A DNA stretch of 63,587 nt, counting the filler. It is 6 parts of 6 records of this genome, joined end to end, with 100 filler letters (N's around TTAATTAATTAA, not from the genome) between each part and the next. Parts side by side here need not be neighbours in the genome. Positions count along the whole stretch, not along the records: positions 8,482 to 27,389 come from SRR31156797_13809; positions 27,490 to 34,757 come from SRR31156797_13832; 4 more parts are not named here. One strand, written 5' to 3'. Within the stretch, counting starts at the first letter, position 1. The number at the start of each line of letters is the position of its first letter. Positions 19,307 through 29,882 of this stretch are shown here, piece after piece. The notes under the pieces are model-generated. The model did no database searches and had not been told where the DNA came from. It worked only from the letters and a program-made list of their open reading frames with translations. A program made the position numbers and the translations under genes.

Positions 19307-20542
19307 ATGTTAGGAGAGATGCATATGTTCAAATTTGTCCATATTTCTGATGTTCACCTTGATTCATTAGTTCATGGCTATGATAAGCACAGACAAAAAA
19401 TCTTGGATGCTGTTCTAAAATCATTTGAGAAAAGCGTAGATTTAGCCATCAGTGAGCAGTGTCATGCATTATTAATATCCGGTGATTTATTTGACAGTGA
19501 ATACATAACATTTAATACCGAATTAAATCTCCGTGATAATTTTAAAAAACTTTTTGATAGCAACATTAGTGTGTTTTATTGTCTTGGTAATCACGATCCT
19601 GCTACATCAAAAACCAGAATGGAGAAACTAGGCAAGAATGTGTTTGTATTTGACAGTATAAACCCAATAAAAGTTAACATCACAGATGAAGATGGTACTT
19701 TGGTGGGTATAGTTGCAGGCGCAGGATATGAACAAATGCATGTTAAGGAAAATATCGCAAAACGCTTTGCTCCCATTGATGCAGATGTACCTGTTGTGGG
19801 AATGCTTCACACAAGCCTTGACAAGGGAAATGATGCCAATTACGCTCCATGCAAAACAGAGGATTTGGAGGCAGCGAAATATGATTACTGGGCACTTGGT
19901 CACATTCACGAGAGAGAAATTATCTCAAAAGCAAATACAACAATAGTGTATCCCGGCTGTATATCAGGAACTCATTGGAATGAAACTGGAGAAAAGGGAT
20001 GTATGCTGGTAACAATAAAGAAGAATTCCCCTCCTGACTGCAGACCCATAGTCTTATCAGATGTCGTATGGCACAAAACTAGACTAAGTGGATTCTTGGA
20101 AGCTAGTGCTCTTACTGATATTGTAGATATCTGTTCTGATGCATTATATGAGATAAATCAGAACGGCAAAACTAATTTCATAAGAATAACATTAGTTGGC
20201 TCCTGTCCAATTGCCAGTGATTTGACTGATGATAATATTTTGACATTAGAAAACACTCTGGAAGAAATAAGCGGAATGAAAGTATCTGTCAAAAGTCAAT
20301 TGACTTCAGTAATTAATCCAGAGGACTATAAAAATGATAAGCACTTATTGTCTATTGCACTGGAATACTCAAAAGATATAATGCATAATCCTGATAAAAT
20401 AGTAGAAATACTTACTGCCACAGCAGAAGAATACAAGGGACTTGTTGGGGGGGAATCTCCTGAATATATTGCATCACTTTTTAGAGGCATTGATAAACTT
20501 CTATGTGAATCAATGCTAAATATGGACAAGGTGAGTGAATAA
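19307..20542 (+). CDS. Mre11/SbcD-like metallophosphoesterase nuclease (YhaO family)
   Basis: HISDVHLD, SGDLFD, GNHD, MLH, YWALGHIH, YPG, ETGEKG. Confidence 0.92.
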   Translation: MLGEMHMFKFVHISDVHLDSLVHGYDKHRQKILDAVLKSFEKSVDLAISEQCHALLISGDLFDSEYITFNTELNLRDNFKKLFDSNISVFYCLGNHDPATSKTRMEKLGKNVFVFDSINPIKVNITDEDGTLVGIVAGAGYEQMHVKENIAKRFAPIDADVPVVGMLHTSLDKGNDANYAPCKTEDLEAAKYDYWALGHIHEREIISKANTTIVYPGCISGTHWNETGEKGCMLVTIKKNSPPDCRPIVLSDVVWHKTRLSGFLEASALTDIVDICSDALYEINQNGKTNFIRITLVGSCPIASDLTDDNILTLENTLEEISGMKVSVKSQLTSVINPEDYKNDKHLLSIALEYSKDIMHNPDKIVEILTATAEEYKGLVGGESPEYIASLFRGIDKLLCESMLNMDKVSE

Positions 20543-23213
20543 AATGAAGCTGAATGAACTAAACATAAAAAATTACGGATGTATAAAAGATACTACTATT
20601 CATTTTGATGAAGGTATTACTATAATAAAAGGCAATAATGAGAGTGGTAAATCTACAACCCATCAAGCGATACTAGCATCAATGTTTGGATTTAGAAATA
20701 CTAAAAATACCAAAGCCTTCAAACTAAGCCCAAAGGTAAAATCTAATAAGGGCGATTATCCATCACTTAGCGGGATATGTTCTGATAATATGGGACTATT
20801 TTCATTCAACAGATATTTTGTGGACAAAGAACCTAGACTGGATGTAAAACGAAATAGCGTAGTAACAAGATACTATAATACACCTCTTGAATATATAAAA
20901 AGTATTTCCCGAGATACATATGAAGGGATATACTCACTTGACATTGACCAGATTGCAAGATTAAAAGAAAACTGGGAACAAGAACAGACCTCCATCCTTG
21001 CTGGACTATATCCGGAGTTTCTTTTGTCTTACAATACCATTTTAAGTAATCTGGATAAAAAAATTAAACTAGCGTGGAAGGGAAAAAATCCAACAAAGAA
21101 TCAAAAAGAAATAGATGAAAATATTAATAATCTTCTCAGGCAGCTGCAGCAAGCAAAAGATAATCAAAATCAGCTTCATCAATTAGAAATCCTAGAAGAA
21201 CAGCAAAAAAAACAATTAGACAAGTACCAAAAAACACTTGCGAATTTGGAAGTCAAGATAAAAGAAACAGAAAGAACATGTGAATTCTACAACGAAATCC
21301 AAAGAATAAATGAGATAAGCCTTAATACAATTGATGTAGAAAAATATGATGAACTGCCACGTGATCTGGATATGTATTTTGATGAAAAGCAAAAAGACAT
21401 TGACAAAAAGCGAGACAAAATAAATGCTCTATATGAAGAATATGACAAAGTAAAAGCCAAAAAGAGCATGTTCTCACAAGATCATAAAAAGCTATGTATG
21501 AATGAAGGAGAAATTGGAAAAGCAGAAAACCTCTCTAATACTATAAACAATTGTCAAGAGAATGTAATTCATATAGAAAACAAAAAAGAACATGCACAAT
21601 CCGACTTCAATGAGATTGCAGGAAGAATGTTCAACAGTAATTATACTGAGAAACAAGCTGAAGAAATAAGGAATATAGATATTGCTTCATGTATGTCAAT
21701 CTATACAAATATGATTCGAATTGCACGGGATAAAGCTGCAAATAACGATACAATAATAAAAATGGGAAAATTGAACATAGGCAATCTGAAAACCTTACTG
21801 TACATTCTGGTAATAATACTAGGACTGGTTATGATATTTGTATCCGGAAACGATAACATTATTAGTAAAATATTAGGTGGAACAATTAGTATTGGTATGA
21901 TTGCTATGACATTCTTTCATCGTCCAAAGAAGAACTCCATTCAGGATATCAAAAAGATGAATGAAGCCCTAGACGTAGAATATCAAAAAAATCTATCTAG
22001 ACTTAAAAGTATACTGCATTTCAACTTTCTGCCAGTAGAATCACAGAACAATCCTGACGAATACCTCTTAAATTCTCTTCGTTCAGCACAGATACATTTA
22101 AATGATATTGCCCAGTGCAGTAATGAGATAGAAGAGCATAAATCAAAAGTAAGTGAAATGAAAAATGAAATAAGTAATATTGCAGAAAAAATATTAGGCT
22201 ACAGTAATACTTATCAGCAGGATGTATTTGAGATGGCTAACAGACTAAAGGAAGCTCAGATAAAGCAAAAAGATGCCCGGGACGCTGAACTTACCGAAAA
22301 GTCATTGTATAGCCAGATACAAGAGCTTGACAAGGAAATTGAAGGACTAAACAAACAGCTGAGTAATTACAGCAAAATTTTGAACAATCTAAAAGGTAAC
22401 AGTGATAAAGAGAGAATTGCTCTACTAAATAAAATGCGACAGGATAAAATTGAGATTGATAGTGCCGCAAAGAGGCTAAAGAGGAAATATCATGATTTCG
22501 ATACCCTTGTACTTAAAGCAAAGGACAATGTGCCAAAATTAATTGACGGATTAATTGAGTATAATAGTACCTTGCAGTCAAAAAGAGATGATATAAATCA
22601 ATCACAAAACAAACTGCATAAAGAGAGCGGTGAGACAAAACAAAAGATAATAGCCTTAAGAGAAAGTAATCTCCACCCAGCCATTATTGACAGTAAGCTA
22701 CAGGATGCATTAGAAGATAAAGGCCAGAGAATAAAAATGCGTGATACACTGGCTATTTCACATGCTATAATAAGAAAATCGAAGGAATTGTTCTTTAAGG
22801 ACAATAAACCTGAATTCCTAGACTTTGCCAGTGATTATTTGATGCAGATAACTGACGGCAGATACTCCAAAGTCTTGCTGAGTGACAACGGAGACTCAAT
22901 AATGGTAGAAAACTATGAGGGGAATATTCTGGACTTTGAAGCTATAGAGCAGACTGTAAGCCGTGGTACAAAAGAACAGATATTCTTGTCACTGCGTCTT
23001 GCAATGCTTGGGAGATTCGATCCTCCTGATGATAAACTTCCGGTTATTCTGGATGAAGCTCTGGTTAACTGGGATTCAGGGCGATTCACAAGACTTATGA
23101 AAATATTAAATGATATCACTAAAGAACGTCAGGTGTTTATGTTTACTTGCCATGATTTCTTAATAAGGAATGCTGATATTGCTATGATTGACTATACAAA
23201 GGTGGAGATCTAG
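20535..23213 (+). CDS. Rad50/SbcC-like ATPase with central TM hairpin (YhaN family)
   Basis: Walker A GNNESGKST, long coiled coils, two hydrophobic helices, SRGTKEQIFLSLRLA, LPVILDEALVNWD, FTCH. Confidence 0.9.
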   Translation: MNKMKLNELNIKNYGCIKDTTIHFDEGITIIKGNNESGKSTTHQAILASMFGFRNTKNTKAFKLSPKVKSNKGDYPSLSGICSDNMGLFSFNRYFVDKEPRLDVKRNSVVTRYYNTPLEYIKSISRDTYEGIYSLDIDQIARLKENWEQEQTSILAGLYPEFLLSYNTILSNLDKKIKLAWKGKNPTKNQKEIDENINNLLRQLQQAKDNQNQLHQLEILEEQQKKQLDKYQKTLANLEVKIKETERTCEFYNEIQRINEISLNTIDVEKYDELPRDLDMYFDEKQKDIDKKRDKINALYEEYDKVKAKKSMFSQDHKKLCMNEGEIGKAENLSNTINNCQENVIHIENKKEHAQSDFNEIAGRMFNSNYTEKQAEEIRNIDIASCMSIYTNMIRIARDKAANNDTIIKMGKLNIGNLKTLLYILVIILGLVMIFVSGNDNIISKILGGTISIGMIAMTFFHRPKKNSIQDIKKMNEALDVEYQKNLSRLKSILHFNFLPVESQNNPDEYLLNSLRSAQIHLNDIAQCSNEIEEHKSKVSEMKNEISNIAEKILGYSNTYQQDVFEMANRLKEAQIKQKDARDAELTEKSLYSQIQELDKEIEGLNKQLSNYSKILNNLKGNSDKERIALLNKMRQDKIEIDSAAKRLKRKYHDFDTLVLKAKDNVPKLIDGLIEYNSTLQSKRDDINQSQNKLHKESGETKQKIIALRESNLHPAIIDSKLQDALEDKGQRIKMRDTLAISHAIIRKSKELFFKDNKPEFLDFASDYLMQITDGRYSKVLLSDNGDSIMVENYEGNILDFEAIEQTVSRGTKEQIFLSLRLAMLGRFDPPDDKLPVILDEALVNWDSGRFTRLMKILNDITKERQVFMFTCHDFLIRNADIAMIDYTKVEI

Positions 23214-24520
23214 GTCTTTATGGACAAGTTTTTTGTCATCTTTGGCATATAAACTAATATCAGAATTAGGCGCAGAATACCTGCAGTAACAAAAAGCGCT
23301 TTATACCTGTCCATATAAGTTATACCCTCCCAAATACCTGCCTTCGCCTGCAATTCAAGTGATGCACCGCCTATTAGAAAGCCTATAAAAGCGCATATTG
23401 ATGTTGCTGCAGAATAAGTAGCCAAATACATAGCTCTGTTCTTAGGGGGAGTAGACTGAAACAACATACTTTGTGATACTGTATTTATTGCCGTTAAGGA
23501 GAAGCCATTAAGCAAATTAAATACTAAGAAAGTCCACATGCTCCCTTTAGTCGAAAATAACATTATTATCGGGATTACGGAAGAAATTAGCCCTGCTCTC
23601 AACAAAACGAACTTTATACCCTTTGAATCCATCCATTTGCCCCACCTTGGTGCCATCAATGTTGCAATCACACTATACGCAATTTGTCCTGCTATTGCTA
23701 ATTGAACAAATGATAGTTCTATATATTTTAATGCATACAGGTTGTAGAAAGCATTAGATAAATTAAACATAAACAGCCATAATGACCAGAATGTTACATA
23801 GGTCTTGAAAGAAGTATCAGTAAATGCTTTCTTCACAAATTTTAATATAGGAGGACTGGGATGCCTTTCTATCGGAGTATCAGTTACAAAAAAGAAATGG
23901 ATAATATCAATTGTGCCTACAATTGCAGCGATAGTAAAAATTATAGCATAAGCTTGATATGAATCATTGTTATCTAGAAAAACGCTAACTAAAAGTGTAA
24001 TAACCATACAGACAAATGTACCCGTAGATTCACGAATACCAAGATAGCTACCCAGAAGCTGCTTCGGAATCAAGTCACTCATCCATGAATTAAACCCAAC
24101 TCCAATCATTCCATTTTGCACAGAAGATATCATCAAAATCGGGATAATAAAAAGCAGAGGATTTACACTATCGCCTACTATCAACGGTATTAGGCCTATT
24201 AATATCCATGGCAAACGATTGAGAACCCCTGAAATCAGAAAATATTTTTTTCGCTTATTTGTACGTTCTATTATAACACTTGCGACCATTTGGAATACAT
24301 TGCCTAGTACAGGCAAAGCTATTAAAAGAGAGTAAAAGAAATCTCCTGCTCCTAACTTATTAGCAAATCCAGTGAGTGCTGCACCAGTAGTTATAGGATA
24401 AAATACCATGAAACATGCCAATGATGTTATCACTAAGTTTAGATTAGTGCGTGTTTTACTGGGTAGATTATACTGATTATATAGGGAATATAGCGGACTG
24501 AGTGTTCTTAGCTTTCGCAT
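23210..24520 (-). CDS. MFS transporter
   Basis: About 12 TM helices; WMSDLIP, WGKWMDSKG motifs. Confidence 0.88.
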   Translation of the reverse strand: MRKLRTLSPLYSLYNQYNLPSKTRTNLNLVITSLACFMVFYPITTGAALTGFANKLGAGDFFYSLLIALPVLGNVFQMVASVIIERTNKRKKYFLISGVLNRLPWILIGLIPLIVGDSVNPLLFIIPILMISSVQNGMIGVGFNSWMSDLIPKQLLGSYLGIRESTGTFVCMVITLLVSVFLDNNDSYQAYAIIFTIAAIVGTIDIIHFFFVTDTPIERHPSPPILKFVKKAFTDTSFKTYVTFWSLWLFMFNLSNAFYNLYALKYIELSFVQLAIAGQIAYSVIATLMAPRWGKWMDSKGIKFVLLRAGLISSVIPIIMLFSTKGSMWTFLVFNLLNGFSLTAINTVSQSMLFQSTPPKNRAMYLATYSAATSICAFIGFLIGGASLELQAKAGIWEGITYMDRYKALFVTAGILRLILILVYMPKMTKNLSIKT

Positions 24521-24598
24521 AGTTTACCTCATAGTACTAAATAAATTTAACATGCTTTCTTCTTGCAGTTAGTCCAGTGTTTTTCTGCAATTAAGGGT

Positions 24599-24626
24599 AT
24601 TATAATACTAAATTCCTATATGTCAA
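24599..24626 (-). promoter_or_regulatory. Sigma-A promoter of the MFS gene
   Basis: TTGACA-N16-TATAAT on the minus strand. Confidence 0.7.
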
Positions 24627-24699
24627 TGGATTCTGTTTATGTTTATTGAATTCCTTTATGTAAATAGATATATTTTATCCAATCAAACTATGTTTCAAT

Positions 24700-26448
24700 C
24701 TATTTAGTCAATTCATAAACATATATAGTATACAAAGATTTTTGATTATTATATTTTCCAGCAAGCTGCAGCCCAACATCATCTGCATTTGTAATAGTAC
24801 CATTGGAGAATATATATCTCCCACCAAGTTCACGAAACTTATCCATGTTAATATTCAGCTCTTCACCGCTGTCTCCTACCAAAGAATCATATTCATAGGA
24901 ATTCATCTGAGCTATTGATATTTCATTTGGATACAAATATGCTCTGCCGCCCCAGTCCACAAAATAATCATAGTATTCCTCATTATTCTCAATCTGAGGT
25001 AAAATCAATTCAAAAAATTCTTGTTTGTAGTCCAGCGGATAATATGATAAATATCCATCCAAAGTACTGATACCATTGTAGTTTAATACTGCTGGCTGCA
25101 ATCTGAATGCAACAGATTTCTCACCATTATAAGAAATATCATCCTTTATCTCTCCAAACAAATCCCCTGAATAGAATTCGCTAAACGTATACCATTGGCT
25201 TCCATTTTCAAATACCCCTATATCGAAATATTTGCTCAGTGTCAGATTGATATCGCTGCATCTAAAAGGTAAAAGGATAATTAAAAACATCTGAATTATT
25301 ACTATTACTTGCTTTATTCCTTTCCAGACCATTTTTGTGTTTAGAGCTATATAGAAAAACAAGCAATACCAAAAGAACGGATTAAAAAACACTGTACGAC
25401 TGTAATTTATTCCGCCGATAAATTTGAATGTCTTTTGGTAGAAACTTCGGAAAGTTTCATTATAATATAGTGAAAATACCGATGAGTTAAACAATATAAT
25501 CAACATAAGCAGATTTGGCAGAGTAAAAACTGATTTTTTCTTCACAATATTATTAATATTATGCACAACAAAATATACAAAAGCTATCGGAACTATTATG
25601 TACAACTGACCTGACTCTGCATGATACTGCCCTGCACAAAAAGTATATATAGTACTTTTAATGAAATTCAGATTTGGTGTGTTGCCTGAACATTCCTTCA
25701 ATGTTGGTATATCCTTTATAAGTACTAGATATACCAATCTATAATCAACAATTAAGTACCCTGCAATTAAAATGGCAAAGGGTATCAGCATACGGAAACT
25801 TTTATTCTTAATAATATCAATAACAATAAAAATCAGAAGATATCCGCATATAAACACACCATATAGTATAAAATTTGAAATAATAGGATAAACAAGTATA
25901 AGTATATAATGTATTATTTTTTTAGGTTCTCTATATACTTTAATCAGAAGAAACACTAACAACGGAATAGAAGCATTTGCAAAATATGCTGTTGGGTATC
26001 CTGGCAATAGTCCATAAGTAAACGCTATTATCAATATTAAATTCTTATTCTTTTGAAATTTTTCATTTCCTGCAATCTCTTTCACAAGCAGTGTAAATGA
26101 AATTAATGCAACAAGAATCTTTAGGAAGAAAACCCCAACATATCCCCAGAATGGACCAAGTAAATAGAATACGAAACTATTCATAGTTAAACTAGATGGA
26201 AGAAACAATCTGGATATTTCATTCAGATAATCTACTTTGCCATCAAATGCCCAGTAGGTATCGCTTTGTTTCATCATCTCCATTTCTACTACATCAGAAT
26301 CCAGATTATCGTGAGCTACGATAACCACATCTTCACCTAATATTACCACTCCACAAAATAATAGTAATAGTACAATAGCTATTAAAACAGCTGACCAATT
26401 GCTTTTTAATCTCTGAAATAAACTCTTCTCTGCTTTTGTATTTATCAT
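24700..26448 (-). CDS. Polytopic membrane protein, DUF6044-like (possible GT-C fold)
   Basis: HDNLDS, GQYHA, LDGYLSYYPLDYK, WGGRAY, GGRYIFS motifs. Start uncertain (26448 or 26541). Confidence 0.65.
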   Translation of the reverse strand: MINTKAEKSLFQRLKSNWSAVLIAIVLLLLFCGVVILGEDVVIVAHDNLDSDVVEMEMMKQSDTYWAFDGKVDYLNEISRLFLPSSLTMNSFVFYLLGPFWGYVGVFFLKILVALISFTLLVKEIAGNEKFQKNKNLILIIAFTYGLLPGYPTAYFANASIPLLVFLLIKVYREPKKIIHYILILVYPIISNFILYGVFICGYLLIFIVIDIIKNKSFRMLIPFAILIAGYLIVDYRLVYLVLIKDIPTLKECSGNTPNLNFIKSTIYTFCAGQYHAESGQLYIIVPIAFVYFVVHNINNIVKKKSVFTLPNLLMLIILFNSSVFSLYYNETFRSFYQKTFKFIGGINYSRTVFFNPFFWYCLFFYIALNTKMVWKGIKQVIVIIQMFLIILLPFRCSDINLTLSKYFDIGVFENGSQWYTFSEFYSGDLFGEIKDDISYNGEKSVAFRLQPAVLNYNGISTLDGYLSYYPLDYKQEFFELILPQIENNEEYYDYFVDWGGRAYLYPNEISIAQMNSYEYDSLVGDSGEELNINMDKFRELGGRYIFSNGTITNADDVGLQLAGKYNNQKSLYTIYVYELTK

Positions 26449-26706
26449 AATATATATGTAAGTTCTCCTAATTACTACATTAGCAATGCAATGCTTTTTG
26501 ACAATTAATCTAATTATATTACTATATCTACTATCTTTCAATATAAAAATATATCAATATATTAATCTGTAGCATTAGCATAATTTACATATATATTATG
26601 CTAATAAACAAACAACTCAAAACACATTCTTTCTCTAAAAAAACATATCCTTTAATATATTGTATATCATATCAGCAAATGGTATTATTGCTTACAGGAG
26701 GCTATA

Positions 26707-27297
26707 ATGAAAAACAAATTAATGATAATTATTTTAATAATGCTATCAGTTGTATCAGGGTGCAAAAGCAGCTTAAAAGCTGATACATTGACTACTATAG
26801 ATTTATCCCAACGGGAAAGAGATCTGATTACTCTAGTAGCTCCAAATACAGAGAATAATATTTTTGAATTTAACTTCCAGGATTTATCAGAAGTACAAAT
26901 ACTTCTTCAAGTATATAACAATGGAGAATTAATACAGGAAAATATACTAAGTTCTTATCACGATAACAAAGATATTGATGTCAGTTCCGGTAAAATATGC
27001 TTTTGTACTGACAGTGATAACAATATTAAGTGCTCGGTAGCTTCAGGAGATTATTTATCTACATATAGCCTAGACTCTGAAGAGATTGCAATACCTAACG
27101 ATGGCAGAAGTTCATTATCAACATTTTTACATGATGAAAAAATATCAATTGAACCAAACAACGAAATAACTATATTCTTTAAGGCTTTCGTCTCTGATAG
27201 TCAAGACGGTCTACATGGTATAACCCTACTAAATTATGAGCAAGAAGATTTGAAGGAATATGAGTATTGTTATGTTATTAAGTGCAGGTTCAATTAA
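26707..27297 (+). CDS. Hypothetical lipoprotein
   Basis: Lipobox VSGC; AGGAGG RBS. Confidence 0.75.
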   Translation: MKNKLMIIILIMLSVVSGCKSSLKADTLTTIDLSQRERDLITLVAPNTENNIFEFNFQDLSEVQILLQVYNNGELIQENILSSYHDNKDIDVSSGKICFCTDSDNNIKCSVASGDYLSTYSLDSEEIAIPNDGRSSLSTFLHDEKISIEPNNEITIFFKAFVSDSQDGLHGITLLNYEQEDLKEYEYCYVIKCRFN

Positions 27298-27389
27298 GGC
27301 ATTATAATATTTAATATTTGCAAAAGTTACGCTGCGTTAATTTTTGAAAGATTGTTTTAAATTGGCTTCACTGCACTTGTTTCGCTTAC

Positions 27390-27489
27390 NNNNNNNNNNN
27401 NNNNNNNNNNNNNNNNNNNNNNNNNNNNNNNNNTTAATTAATTAANNNNNNNNNNNNNNNNNNNNNNNNNNNNNNNNNNNNNNNNNNNN
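27390..27489. other. Artificial contig linker
   Basis: 44 N + TTAATTAATTAA + 44 N. Confidence 0.99.
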
Positions 27490-28868
27490 AAAAAAACGCC
27501 TCTATCTTTTTTTGGTCTGTAACTTTTGACAGCTGTTGCAGGAAAGTGTTTGACGTACTTTTGTTGAGCATTGACAAGTAAAGCAGTTCCAAGGGCCGTA
27601 AGTTCAGTAGAATTTTGAACGGTAATATCATGCTGTAGAGTGTCTGCGAGCAGTTGGCAAAAATATGGATTTGACGATAGTCCTCCGTCGATAGAGATGC
27701 TTTTTTCAAGGGGGGTTAAATCCTGCATCGCAAAAATAACTTCAGCCGTTCGAAATGCTATCCCTTCCAAAACTGATAACATCATTTCTTGGTGAGTCGT
27801 ATTTAATGTGAGCCCTAGCCACGTTCCAGCAGCTTTTGTGTCCCAGTGCGGGCACCCAAGTCCCGTAAGTGCTGGGACGAAAAAAAGATCTTTTTGTGCA
27901 GCGAGAGTATTCTGGTCGAACCCGTTGAGCTCCTCAAACGATTTAAAAAGTCCAATTCCTTTGGCCCAGTTTACAGCAGAACCTGCTGAGAAAACTCCGC
28001 CGTCAAGAGCATAGGTCACTGGGGTTTGGTCAAGTTGCCATGCAACGGTAGGAAGTAAGCCTGTCTCGGGAGCTGCGATCAGTGTGTCACCTGTCACGGC
28101 CAAGGCAAAAGCGCCTGTACCAAAGGTTATTTTCACATCACCTCTTTTTTGGCAGCCATGACCGTATAAAGCTGCTTGCTGGTCAACAACGCTTGCTGTA
28201 ATTGGTACAGAGCGCTTGTTAGCTTGAACTTCGCCAAACCTTCCTGTGGTTGAAACTATTTCGGGCAAGCAGTCTATGGGAACGTTGAAAATATCGCAAA
28301 GCTCCTGATCCCATTGGCAGGAGCTTATATTCATCAAGGATGTTCTTGATGCTGTTGTTATGTCAGTTGCAAAATTATCAGTCAGGCTATCAAGGAAGAA
28401 AGCGTCTGTTGTCCCCAGGCGTAATCGTCCCTTGTTGTGAAGTGAGGCTGCTTTCGGGATGTTCTGGCAAATCCAGGCAAGCTTCGAAGCAGAAAAGTAC
28501 GGGTCTAGCGGGAGTCCTGACTTCTCGAAAACGCAGCTTCCCAACCCTTCTGCCGCCATGTTCTTGATATTGTCTGCCGTCCTGTTGTCCTGCCACACAA
28601 TCACAGGGCTCACAGGCTCTTTAGTTTTGCCGTCCCAGGCGAGGCAGCTTTCTCCTTGGTTGTCGATTCCAATTGCCTCAATATCGTCACAGCGGTTGAT
28701 GCACAACGAAATGTTGTTTAGTAATTCTTCAGGGTTATGTTCAACCCATCCTGGGTTTGGATAGCTCTGTTTATGTGCTGTCGATTGGATTATTTTTCCA
28801 TGGCCATCATTGTTAACGAGGAAGCCTCGGGTGCTTGTAGTCCCTTGGTCAATTGCAAGTATCGTCAT
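27490..28868 (-). CDS. FGGY-family carbohydrate kinase, glycerol kinase-like, 3'-truncated
   Basis: AIDQGTTSTR, PGWVEH, VWQD, DPYFSASK, TTASRT, DQQAAL, KITFGTG, DGG. Confidence 0.88.
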
Positions 28869-28892
28869 GGTAATCTCGATAATGTTTTGTGG

Positions 28893-29882
28893 TTAAGAAG
28901 CTGTAGGTTTCCAGGGCAGTCTCCCTTTAAGGTCTTGTATGATATACTCCGCTGTTTTTTTACCGTCTAGCCAGCATTTTCCTGCCATGTTGACCGGCGG
29001 CAGAATGTTGCCAGCGACATAATAAAAGGGGTCTGAGCATCTATTGTATTTGTCAATTTCAGGGTTTCCCGCTGCCGCATCCATTTTCAAAAGACTAGCT
29101 CTTGCTAAAGATGATTCAGGGGTGAATTTTCCTGTAAAAATAACTCCGTCACACGTGATCTCCTTTTCTTTCCCTTTTGAGTCTACCGCAGTGACAGATT
29201 CCACCTGCTCTTTACCTTGTATGGATGATATGTTGGTATCAAATAAAAAAGGAACCCGAAGCAGGTTTGCGCCGTAGCACAAAAGGGGCGATATTGACGC
29301 TGAATTTTTTTCTGCAAGCATTGCCTTGGGGGAGATGCCGGCTTTCTTGCAAGTCATGAGCGCAGAAAAACTCACTGTTTCTGAGCCGACAATGACAGGT
29401 GCTTTAAATGGGATTATTTTTTTTAAATAAATGACCGATTGGAGTGCGCCGGTAGTATAGATGCCGGCAACTCTTTTTCCTGAAACGAGGCGTGCTGACC
29501 TTGGTGTCTCGCGAGTACCCGTAGCAAGGAGTACTCTTCTGCCGTTAATCTTTGCTATTCCATCTGTCGTTGCAATCGTTAAGTAGCCGCCCTTGTTAAG
29601 CTCAAGTACGTTGGCGCCGCATAAAATTTCTACTCCGCTTTGGCTTGCTGATTGAAAGAGTCTATGCGAGTAATTTAGGCCAGTCATGAATCTTTTATAT
29701 TCAATGATGCCAAAAGGTGGGTGTGCGCAATGACGAGGTATGCCGCCAGCTTTCATTTCGCGTTCAAGAACCAGGACTTTTTCTACCCCTTTCTTTTTAA
29801 GGGTCGTTGCTGCAGCAAGTCCTGCTGGGCCAGCTCCTACTATAATAACATCCCAGCTGTTCTCTGTTAAAGTGTTACTCAT
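28893..29882 (-). CDS. NAD(P)/FAD-dependent oxidoreductase, partner subunit of the adjacent dehydrogenase
   Basis: GAGPAG, GGIPRHCAHPPFG, ATGTRETPR, GIYTTGALQ. Confidence 0.88.
   Translation of the reverse strand: MSNTLTENSWDVIIVGAGPAGLAAATTLKKKGVEKVLVLEREMKAGGIPRHCAHPPFGIIEYKRFMTGLNYSHRLFQSASQSGVEILCGANVLELNKGGYLTIATTDGIAKINGRRVLLATGTRETPRSARLVSGKRVAGIYTTGALQSVIYLKKIIPFKAPVIVGSETVSFSALMTCKKAGISPKAMLAEKNSASISPLLCYGANLLRVPFLFDTNISSIQGKEQVESVTAVDSKGKEKEITCDGVIFTGKFTPESSLARASLLKMDAAAGNPEIDKYNRCSDPFYYVAGNILPPVNMAGKCWLDGKKTAEYIIQDLKGRLPWKPTAS

Noticed and set aside
19307-23213. Nuclease + SMC-like ATPase as a novel defence system
   Set aside because: Matches the widespread YhaO/YhaN pair and sits among housekeeping genes, with no mobile context.
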